Below are positions 27,114-37,400 of a stretch of DNA of 64,000 nt, piece after piece (position 1 is the stretch's first letter; each line of letters opens with the position of its first letter). Origin of the DNA: a virus; the IMG/VR virus record IMGVR_UViG_3300047560_002412, positions 64,728 to 128,727 of that record, one strand, 5' to 3'. A program made the position numbers and the translations under genes. Below the pieces are notes generated by a model, which had not been told where the DNA came from, ran no database searches, and saw nothing but the letters and a program-made list of their open reading frames with translations.

Positions 27114-28139
27114 ATGAATAAACGTATTGGCTTTGCCTGCAAATGGATCGACCGTCCTGATCAAGTAGACGGCATTAAACCTAAAGACGAGTGTAAAATC
27201 TACAACACTGGTGCTACAACCGTAGCCTGGTTAAATAGACAGACACGAGATGTTGCTGAACAAAAGCTCTGGGACCTAATGGTGCAGAACATTGAAGCCA
27301 CTCGTAAACTTGTTGAAAGGGTAGGTACACTTGATGAAAATCTTAGAATGGTACGACTCAGTAGCGATATTCTTCCTGTATACACTGAGCCAAGTTGGGG
27401 CGGGTATTGGAGGAATTCCGACGTACGAGCCTATTGCGAAAAAGGATTTAGAACCATCGGAGATATTAGTCGTCAGACTGGTGTTCGGCTTAGTATGCAT
27501 CCTGGTCAGTTTTGCGTGTTGGCGTCTGAGTCAGATGATATTGTAAATCGTTCAATTGAAGAGTTCGAATATCATGTGGATATGGCTCGCTGGATGGGAT
27601 TTGGCCAAACGTTTCAAGACTTTAAAATCAATGTTCATATCGCTGGAAGAAGAGGCCCAATGGGAATACGTGCTGTATTGGGCAGGCTAACACCCGAAGC
27701 ACGTAACACACTCACAATCGAAAATGAAGAAATTACACACAATCTGGACACCTGTTTGGAACTTGCTGATATCGTTCCAATTGTACTTGACATACACCAT
27801 CACTGGATTAACTCGGGGGAATATATTGATCCTAACGAAGACCGTGTTAAACGGGTTATTGATAGTTGGCGCGGTGTGCGTCCTACTTGCCATTACTCTG
27901 TTTCTCGCGAAGACGTACTCGTTGGTCATTCCAATGGATTACGTCCCGATCTTCCGACCCTCTTAGAATCTGGACACAAAAAAGCAAAGCTCAGAGCACA
28001 TTCAAACTTCTATTGGAATACAGATGTTAATGAATGGGCACTGAGCTTTAGAGATCATTTCGACATTATGTGCGAATCAAAGGCTAAGAATTTAGCCAGC
28101 TTTGATCTCTACCAACAGGCTTTAAACTGCGGGCTTTGA
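27114..28139 (+). CDS. uvsE: UV-damage endonuclease UvsE/UVDE
   Basis: RIGFAC, RLSSD, RLSMHPGQF, TIENEE, LDIHHHW, HYS, RAHS, DIMCESKAK. Confidence 0.93.
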   Translation: MNKRIGFACKWIDRPDQVDGIKPKDECKIYNTGATTVAWLNRQTRDVAEQKLWDLMVQNIEATRKLVERVGTLDENLRMVRLSSDILPVYTEPSWGGYWRNSDVRAYCEKGFRTIGDISRQTGVRLSMHPGQFCVLASESDDIVNRSIEEFEYHVDMARWMGFGQTFQDFKINVHIAGRRGPMGIRAVLGRLTPEARNTLTIENEEITHNLDTCLELADIVPIVLDIHHHWINSGEYIDPNEDRVKRVIDSWRGVRPTCHYSVSREDVLVGHSNGLRPDLPTLLESGHKKAKLRAHSNFYWNTDVNEWALSFRDHFDIMCESKAKNLASFDLYQQALNCGL

Positions 28140-28403
28140 TTTAGGCTTACGTCCGCCTTTCTTTGCACCTTCCTTTTTAGGAGCCGCTGGCTTCTTTTTA
28201 GCAGGTGCTTTCTTTTTAGGTTCTTGTTGTTTAGCCTGTAAAACTTCTACTTGAAGTTCTGACGGGCTTTTCAATTCACCTTCAAATTTAGCAGCACTTA
28301 CTTCTACTTCTGCCGGGGCTTTTGGCGCTTCTACTTTATATGGCGCTTCAGCTGGTTGTTCAGCATCTTTGCGACCAAAAAGTTTTGCTAATAGTTTTAA
28401 CAT
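28122..28403 (-). CDS. Small protein with Lys/Ala/Pro-rich basic tail
   Basis: AAGGAG RBS, TAAATA upstream; KKKAPAKKKPAAPKK tail. Confidence 0.7.
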   Translation of the reverse strand: MLKLLAKLFGRKDAEQPAEAPYKVEAPKAPAEVEVSAAKFEGELKSPSELQVEVLQAKQQEPKKKAPAKKKPAAPKKEGAKKGGRKPKSKPAV

Positions 28404-28478
28404 AGTTAAATCTCCTTGTTTGTTATTTACATTCGTTGGCGGAATTAAATACTCTTATATGAGTTTAAGGACAAGATT

Positions 28479-29513
28479 ATGAAAATTTCAAAGATTCCAG
28501 GTTTGGGCAGATTTGGTGTGTTTATCGACGATATAGATTTTTATTCAATGACTGAGGAAGAATGGATAGAAATTGGTCAGCTTCATTTAAAATCTTTGGT
28601 TACAATTTTTCGAAATGTAAATTTAGATCAAAAACTTTACGAAAAATTAATCACTAAACATGGAACCGTAGTTTATCTAGCATTTTATAGAATGATTAAA
28701 AAATATCAAACATGGGACGTTCCTAGTTTGATTGCGAACGATGTTGTTAATGGAATTCCTGTTGACCCCGATGATAAAAAATGGGCTGCGACGGTATTAA
28801 GGATCATGAGCGACCAAGATGGAATGTCTCAAATTGTTAGTGGGAAGAAAAACGAAAAAGGAGAACCTCTTGGAATGTTTGCTGAAGGAGAGCTGTTATG
28901 GCACAGCAACGAATCTGGGAATTTATGTTTTGCTCCGGGAGTAGCATTATTAGGTGTTGAAGGAACTATTGGTAGTGCTACTGGATTCTTAACAACTGCA
29001 GATTGGTACGAAGAACAAACAGAAAGTTTTAGAAGTGAACTTGACGAAATGATTATTGAACATAAATTTACTCCTGGAAGAATTAATCCAGGACTTCGAC
29101 AAGACCAAGATGACTTGATGTATAAAAATATGTGTCCTATTCCAAATGAACTTCCTTTGGTTATGCAAAATCCAATAGGTATCAAAGGACTTCATTATAG
29201 TGTTAACACTATTGAAAAAATTAAAGGAATGACTCAAGAAGAATCTCAATCTGTATTTGATTATATTAATAAAACCTTATTTGTTGACAAATACATTTAC
29301 GACCATTGGTATCAACAAGATAACGATTTATCTTTATTTGATAATTCAATTACCTTACATAGAAGATTAGGCGGTATAGCAAGTAGAACATGTTATCGTA
29401 TTCAATATCAATATAACAAACTTGTACCGGACGGCAATCCTTATCTTCAAGAACCATTTATTAGTATGTATAATCAAGAAATGGGAGACATTAAGAAAAT
29501 TTTTGGAATGTAA
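28479..29513 (+). CDS. TauD/TfdA-family Fe(II)/2OG dioxygenase-like protein
   Basis: GV.I..ID, LLWHSNE, T.F, Y.H.Y...DL.LFDNSITLHRR; TAAATA at 28446-28451. Confidence 0.75.
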   Translation: MKISKIPGLGRFGVFIDDIDFYSMTEEEWIEIGQLHLKSLVTIFRNVNLDQKLYEKLITKHGTVVYLAFYRMIKKYQTWDVPSLIANDVVNGIPVDPDDKKWAATVLRIMSDQDGMSQIVSGKKNEKGEPLGMFAEGELLWHSNESGNLCFAPGVALLGVEGTIGSATGFLTTADWYEEQTESFRSELDEMIIEHKFTPGRINPGLRQDQDDLMYKNMCPIPNELPLVMQNPIGIKGLHYSVNTIEKIKGMTQEESQSVFDYINKTLFVDKYIYDHWYQQDNDLSLFDNSITLHRRLGGIASRTCYRIQYQYNKLVPDGNPYLQEPFISMYNQEMGDIKKIFGM

Positions 29514-31123
29514 TGAAACAACTTAATGTATTGTTTTATCATCCTAACGATCTGTTGTGTTCTCCAATTCAACCATTAAGTTTAGGAATTTCATCTTTAT
29601 ATCTAAAAACATATATTGATATAAACAGAACTAACATATCTAATAATTTAAATTGGATAAAACCCGAACAACGGCAATTATCAGACGACGCTCTTTTAAA
29701 ACTTTGTAAAGAAAAATCAATTGATATTTTATGCACTGGTCATTATATCTGGAACAATACATTTTTACTAAATCAAATAAAAAATATACAAAATAAAAAA
29801 ACTTTTATAATTGTCGCCGGTGGGCCAAGCATTGACGTAAATGTTAACAAAAACTTTTTTGTTGAAAATCCTGGAATAGACTATGCTGTATACGGAGCAG
29901 GCGAAGTTGCATTTGCGGACCTGGTTGAAAGTATTTTAACAGAAACAAAATTGTTATCATTTAATACTTCTAATCTAGGATGGTTTGATAAAGAAAAACA
30001 AAAACAAATCGTAGCAGATTTCAAATATGTTCCTGAAATAAAAGTAAGTCCGTATTGTCATAATAAAAAATTACTACAAGAAATAGTTCAATACGAATTT
30101 GACAATAATTTTGACATATCTTTACCCTACGAGCTAACACGAGGGTGTCCTTATTCTTGTACATTTTGTGATTGGAACGGTGGTCTTTCTACTAAAGTCT
30201 CAAGAAGAAAATTTACCTACCAAGATGAAATTGATTTATTTCAAGAACTAGGAATTAAAAACATATTTTTAGCAGATGCAAATGTAGGACAATATGATGA
30301 AGATGTAGACATGGTTGCTTATTTTGCAAAGAAAAATATAGAAGAAAATGCTAATTTTAAAGTGTTTGGAAATCTAAGTAAATTAAGAATAGAAAATAAT
30401 AAAAAAATTTATAATCTATTATTAGAATCAGATTTAGTTGATCAAACCACAGGCTACGAACTTATATTTTCTATCCAAGATATAGACGAACAAGTGCTTA
30501 AAAATATTGATAGACCTGACGTTGGTTGGGAAATTCAAAAAGATATCATTTTAAATCTTTTAGAAAAATATCCTTTAATTAATCCGCAAATACAACTTAT
30601 ACAAGGACTTCCGGGGCAAACCGTTGATTCTTGGAAACGTACACTATCTATTATTTCTCAAATTCCGTGTTTGCCTTATCCCTTTTTTAGCGAATTACTG
30701 CCGGCCAGTCCAGCAGCAGTTGATCCCGATTATCAAGAAAAATTTAAATTTGTATATAGTAATAGCGAAAGATTCAGCAATACAGGCTTCTTTAGAGGGA
30801 ATTTTCCTGCATCGTGTGTAAGTTTTACACAAAGAGATTTTGTAAAAATGACATTAATAACTATGATTTATACAACATTATGCCTTATTAAAACACCAAA
30901 TAAAGATGTTTTAGTTGATAAATTTTTAGAATCTAATGGCTGTAGAATGTTAGAAGAAAATTTATATAATAACTGGACTCAGCATGACAAATTCTTTTAT
31001 ACTATAAACTACGATGGGGAATCAGAAATAGTTTCTGCCTGTCAATTTTATTCGTACCCATTGCTTAACACTAGAACATTTAACGAATTTCTTAAAACTT
31101 ACTCACAGGAAGTTCAACACTAG
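29513..31123 (+). CDS. Cobalamin-binding radical SAM protein, paralog of 785..2809
   Basis: YIWN, VAGGP, GAGE, ELTRGCPYSCTFCDW, DANVG, GLPGQT. Confidence 0.85.
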   Translation: MKQLNVLFYHPNDLLCSPIQPLSLGISSLYLKTYIDINRTNISNNLNWIKPEQRQLSDDALLKLCKEKSIDILCTGHYIWNNTFLLNQIKNIQNKKTFIIVAGGPSIDVNVNKNFFVENPGIDYAVYGAGEVAFADLVESILTETKLLSFNTSNLGWFDKEKQKQIVADFKYVPEIKVSPYCHNKKLLQEIVQYEFDNNFDISLPYELTRGCPYSCTFCDWNGGLSTKVSRRKFTYQDEIDLFQELGIKNIFLADANVGQYDEDVDMVAYFAKKNIEENANFKVFGNLSKLRIENNKKIYNLLLESDLVDQTTGYELIFSIQDIDEQVLKNIDRPDVGWEIQKDIILNLLEKYPLINPQIQLIQGLPGQTVDSWKRTLSIISQIPCLPYPFFSELLPASPAAVDPDYQEKFKFVYSNSERFSNTGFFRGNFPASCVSFTQRDFVKMTLITMIYTTLCLIKTPNKDVLVDKFLESNGCRMLEENLYNNWTQHDKFFYTINYDGESEIVSACQFYSYPLLNTRTFNEFLKTYSQEVQH

Positions 31124-31379
31124 CTGGTAAATCCCAGATCTTTTTCTGTTCAACGCCCTTTCTTTGGGCAAATCTTTTAGCATCGCATTTTGAACATACA
31201 TGAAAAAAATTGTTGCTTAATCTTTTTCTATCAATTTTTCTAATATCTCTTTCAAATTTTTCATCACAATTATCGCAAAGAAATAACGCTACGGTCTTGT
31301 TTCTAAAATAGGTATGCCCATGACCTAGCTTGCTATTACGAATATATTCTGTTTTTCGTATTTCTGTTTTTAAGAACAT
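31092..31379 (-). CDS. Small Zn-ribbon-like protein
   Basis: CDNC...CSKC; TAAATA 4 nt upstream of ATG. Confidence 0.65.
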   Translation of the reverse strand: MFLKTEIRKTEYIRNSKLGHGHTYFRNKTVALFLCDNCDEKFERDIRKIDRKRLSNNFFHVCSKCDAKRFAQRKGVEQKKIWDLPASVELPVSKF

Positions 31380-31383
31380 ATGT

Positions 31384-31419
31384 TATTTACATTTGGCTTT
31401 TAAAATATTGGGCTAAATA
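31384..31419. promoter_or_regulatory. Back-to-back TAAATA putative late promoters
   Basis: TAAATA (-) 31384-31389 and (+) 31414-31419 ahead of the structural operon. Confidence 0.5.
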
Positions 31420-31448
31420 TAGAAATAATCCATTTTGTAGGATAGACT

Positions 31449-34400
31449 ATGGCTAGAAAAATAATAGATATTGGTGCTGTTGGTAATGACGGTACAGGTG
31501 ATAGCATACGCGATTCGTTCCGTAAAGTTAATGATAACTTTAGAGAATTGTATAGCTCATTAGGTTTAGGCGAGAACTTAACGTTTAAAGGCCTCGATGA
31601 TACTCCAACATCGTATGCTGGATACGAAAATTCCATCTTAGCTGTTAATAATACAGAAACAGGAATTCAATTTAAACAGCTTACAGCAGGTACAGGTATT
31701 CAATTAGATTTTACATCTAATACTAACGAAATTACCATTAACACTTTATTTGCTGAAATTTCAGGAGATCCAAGTCCTCAGCTTGGAGGAAACCTTTCTA
31801 CTCGATCTGGTGCTACTCAATATAGAATCTTAGATCTAGGCACTACTTCTAACCCATTATTACCTATATACCAACACGAAGCTGTTAATAAGAGCTACGC
31901 TGATAGCAAAATTTCTCGAGCAGGTGTTGAAGCAATTGATCCAAGAACAGGTTTTGTAAACCCAGATTTTGGTACAATGAGCGGTCCGTTGATTCTTTCA
32001 AGAGATCCAGAACCTACGGACGATGAAGTTTATGATGGTTTGATTGCTGCCACTAAAAGATATGTTGATAACTCAGCGTTTGGATCAGCAGTTAACTTAT
32101 ATGTTGCAACATCTGGTCAAGACGAAAGAACTGGTGTTAGTGAGCAATTACAAGGCCGTGCGCTAGCCTATGCATATAGAACGATCGAAGCAGCATTAAA
32201 ACGTGCTGAAGAATTAGTTAATGAATCTCGTTTGGACATTGGACCTTACAAAAAGGTTTTAACCTATAACGAGGGAGAGTTTAAGTGTACCTTAAGCAGT
32301 ATTTCAACTGCTCCAAGTTCTGGTTCTGGGTTTACCGGTAAGGTGTACATGAGTGCAGATACCGTAACATTACAAACAAGAGGTACCAACTATCGAGTCG
32401 GTGATATTATTACACTTGCTGGTGGATCAGGTTCTCCAACAACATTAGAAGTTCTTTCAACTATTTCTAACCCTGGTGGTATATCAACATTTAGAGTTGT
32501 TTCATCTGGTGTATATGATGTGTTGCCAGGTAATACAGCAGTTCCAACTATCAGTGATAGTGAATTTGGTGTTGGTGCAAAATTTAATGTAACATATAAA
32601 GTTAATAATATTGAAATTATATCAGGTGGATCTAGTTATGGTCTAGTATCAGTTCGTATTACTAGAGGAATTGGAGATACTACAGGGTCTGGAGCTTTTG
32701 GTACTGCTGAAGTTGCAGGCGGTATCGTTCAGAGTATTACAATTACTGACCAAGGGTCTGGGTTTACCGTATTACCAAACGTAGTTGTAGACCTTCCACG
32801 ATTTAAAATATATACCAACGGATTGCGAACAGACTTTACCGGAGATGTGTTAAGCGGTGATCCTGTTGCTGCACGTGGTAGAGATATTAGGGAAGGCCTA
32901 TATCTTAAAGGAGAAACTTCGGGTGCATTGGCACAGATCCTTTCTCATAACGGTTCGCTAGATGGCGGCGATGAAATCTTTGATGTTGATATCAAATACG
33001 GTACCTTTGAACTTGGGGAAGAAATTGCCTATGGCGATGTAACTAAGACAATTCAAATTTCTGTTTTAATTGAATCTGGTATCTATGAAGAAAACTATCC
33101 TTTAAAAGTTCCGCAAAACGTTGCTATTATCGGTGATGAATTTAGACGAGTAATTGTTAAACCTAGGTCCGGTGAAAGCTCGAGTCCGTGGGCGTTCCAG
33201 TATTTTAGAAGAGATTTAGAAATAGACGGACTTACTACAGCCGAACAACTATACGGATATCATTATCTTGCTGATCCTACAATGCCTGTTTACCCAATGG
33301 TAAACAATCCAGGGCATTTTAGATCTGCCGCAGACCTTTTACAATTAAACAAGGTTTTCTTACAAAATGAAATTACTGCATGGATCAATTATCGTGTTAC
33401 AAATAATGTAACTCCTTTTGACGATACGTTTGAATACAATGAAAGATTATGTGCTCGAGATGTTGGTTTAATTGTTGATGCTATTGCATTCGATTTACGC
33501 TACGGAGGTTATAGTAGATCTGTTTCTTCAGCATTGAAGTATAAAAGCAATGCCAGTGCATTAATAGCAATTACTGATCAATTAACACAAACATCAGCTG
33601 CATTGGTTCACTTAAATGATCTAGCACAAACTATTATTTCAAATACTGAAATTACAGAAGTTTATAATACTATAAAAGCACAGACAATTGATTTGGCATT
33701 TGTTTCTGAATTAGGTTCAGGGGCAGTTATTAATGAATTGTTCACTGCGATTGTTGATATTATTAACAATTCTGGAAGTGTAAATTATCCAAAAAATAAC
33801 AATGATCTAGACGTATTTTTATGTAACGATGCAAATATTGTTCGAGCTGTAACCTGTCAAGGTCACGGCGGCTTTATGATGGTACTTGACCCAGAAGGTC
33901 AAATTCTTGCTAAGTCACCGTATGCCCAAGAATGTGCAAGTTTTACACGAAGCAAAGATGTTCATGTATTTGCCGGCGGTATGTTCATTGACGGATTTAC
34001 AGGAAACTTAAAATTTAAAATAACAGAAGTTGTTACAACAACATTCTTACGTGTTACAGATTTAATGCGTTTGCCAAATCTTCCAGCATCGTTTATTGTT
34101 AACGATACCGTTTATCGAATTAACTATGTTAGAGATTTTGTTTATAGCCCAACCGGTTCTTCAGCATCGCTAATCCTTGACGAAGTAACTCCGTGGCCGT
34201 TTGGTGTATTTGATTACAATGAAGATATCTGTAGTCGAGACGTTGGTTTAATTTTAGAAGGTGTTGGTTATGATTTTGTTCTTGGAACTAACTACCATGC
34301 ACGAAAAGCAGGTTTTACTTATAGAGAACAAAATGCTGAAGTAGTTGTACAAGAACAGCTTACACTAACTCTTGACGCTATTCATTACGCTCATGATTTA

Positions 34401-37400
34401 GCCTACGCTGCTATCAGTGGTGACGCTGCTAGCCAAGCTACTTTAAGATTAGACGAAACTGCATTAACAACTATTATTGAAAATGGCAAAACATTTGCTC
34501 CAGCATTGTCATTGATTAATCCGGCATCGATGACAACTAATCAGGCAAATGCCAAAGCGTTGTTATATGCTAACATACAATATATTAGAGATCAAGCAAT
34601 TGGTTGGATCGAAGCACAAGTAGCAGGAAATGTTGCGCCATTTAGTTCGTCGTTTACTTATAATAGTGATCGTTGTTCTAGAGACATTCAATATATTATT
34701 GAAGCCATGTTGTATGATTTTACCTATGGTGGTAATAGTCAATCAAGAGATGCTGCATTAAAATATTATGACGGAGTTGGAGATTTAGAAGTTCTTCAAT
34801 TAGGTGCAGGTGAAACAGAAGAAACCATAGCTGCATTAGATTATGTAAAATATCTAGTACAGCAAGTTGTTAGAAATCTTCCACCGGCTTCTAGTTATTC
34901 AGCAACATCAAGACAAACAGGCTCAGCAGGAACCTTAACAGAAGCAACCACACTAGGCAATTTAATTCAAATTGTTATTGACGTAGTTACTAGTGGCACA
35001 AGTGCTGCGCCAACTGCAACATATCCAACATTAACAGGATACAATTCAACTGCACTTGATTCTAGAACAGCATTGTTAGCAGCCAAGTCAAGCATACAAT
35101 CTGATACAATTGATTACATTAATTCAATTGCTAACGTATACGAAATTCTAATGCCTGGTAACAGATCGATGTTGGCCAACGACTTTACACAAGTTGCTGA
35201 TATGGGTTATGGTATTATGGTAACCAATGGCGGCTTATTAGAAGCTGTGTCAGTGTTTACTTACTATTGCTATATTTCTTACTATGCACTAAATGGTGGA
35301 CAGATTCGTTCTGTATCAGGATCAAGTGCCCACGGTGTGTATGCGTTAGTTGCAGAAGGCAGTGATCCATTAGAGATTCCAACTCCGGTAAGTTTATATT
35401 ATAATTTGTCACAGGGTGCTACGGTTTATTTTCCTAGTGCGCTATATGCAAACACCGTTGGCGGATTATCACTTTATGTTAACAATTATGACTATGTACC
35501 GTTAAGTAATGGAGAACTTGAGGTTATACACACCGACGGTGATCTTTATAGATATTCTGTTAACTCTGTTGATACACAAGACTTGCCAGCAGGTGTGGCT
35601 AAACTTAATATTGCAAGTACAGGTAATTCAACTACCGCAGGTTTAACATATTCTATCCCAAATGGAACTAAAGTTACAATTAGACAAAATTCGCAGGTGG
35701 TATTAACCGGTGACGTTGTTGAAGTTGCTACTAGACCATCTACCGCTCTTAAATTAAACGAAACAGAAAGTGTATATCGTGTTCTACAATTTGAAGAATA
35801 TACCGACGATAATGGTTCACAAATCTGTACGATTACCACAGGTAATCCAGGACAAATTAATTGCACAGCTCACGGTCAAATTGCTGGATATATTGTTTCT
35901 TTTAGTTCAACAGGAACTTTACCAACCGGAATTACAGCTGGTACAAGATACTTTATTATCAGTGAAGACATATCAGAAAATACATTTAGAATTTCCGAAT
36001 CACGTGGAGGTATTCCAATTGAAATTACCTCTGCTGGTACTGGAACAATAAGTTTTTCACCATACGGTCTTGCAAGAACAACACTAAGAGAAAACTACAA
36101 TTATATTGAATTAACTCCATGGTCTCCAAACGAGTTTGTTGGTGCAACTTCAACATTTACCGTAACCGTTGCTGCGCCAGCAGTATTCACTAGTAATAGT
36201 CACGGATTATCATCTGGTGATGTAATTGCATTTACTACAACAGGATCATTACCAGACGGATTATCAATAACTAAAAATTATTTTGTTCTTTCAACAGGAT
36301 TATCAACTCATTCGTTTAGAGTCAGTTTAACACCGGGAGGAGATCCTGCAGAAACTACAGGAACACAAACCGGCGTTCATAGTTGGGGCAAAGTAAAAGG
36401 TCGAGTAGGCGATAGTAATTTTGCTGTGGTTCCTATTGGACCAGAAGATAGAACTAGAATTGTTGGAACAAAATTTGTATGGATTGGTACTGAATATACT
36501 ATTATTCAATACGATGCTGAAGGTGTTACCAACGAACCTTATGCAAGAGTCTATCTCGATACACCATTGGTAGATGATATCTTAACATTCTCTAGTCCGC
36601 CATCTTTAAAAGCCGGTGTTCCAAATAAAACATCTAATGCATCCGGTTCGTTGACTATTCGTATTTCGTTAACTCGTGTTACCGGTCACGACCTATTAGA
36701 AATTGGTACAGGTTCGTATGCTGATACAAATTATCCAAATGAAATTTATGGCGCTGCGGTCAATCCGTTAAATCCTGCAACCGAAACTGCAGAAAGAGGA
36801 TCGGGTCGTACATTCTATGTAACTACTGACCAATTTGGTAACTTTAACGTCGGACCATATTTCCGTGTTGACCAAGGTACTGGTCGTGTTACATTCTCCG
36901 CAGCGATTGCGTTGAGTAACTTAGACGGTATTGGTTTCAAACGTGGTGTTCCAATTGCTGAATTTTCTACTGATTCGTCATTCTCTGATAATGCTACTGA
37001 TACGGTACCAACAGAAAATGCCACAAGAATTTATTTAGAGAGAAGATTAGGTTTAACTCACACAGGAGAAATTGTCCCGGATGTTCAATTAATTCCGCAA
37101 ATAACTGGAGGTTTCATGCCGTTAAATGGTAATTTAACCATGAACGGAGATATGGACCTTGGAACTCATAGAATTAAAAATGTTGAAGATCCGGTTGAAT
37201 TAACTGACGCAGTTAATCTACAAAGTTTAACATTAGATAATTTACAAGACTTTACACCTGGAAATATAGAAGCGAACGACTTTGTTGTATTCACAGGTAG
37301 TGGAAATGAAATTACTAATGCAGCAGTGGTCGGTGATATTTTATTTGATATAGATTCAACGGCCAACACTATAGATGCACAAATTCAACCTGGTGTTATT

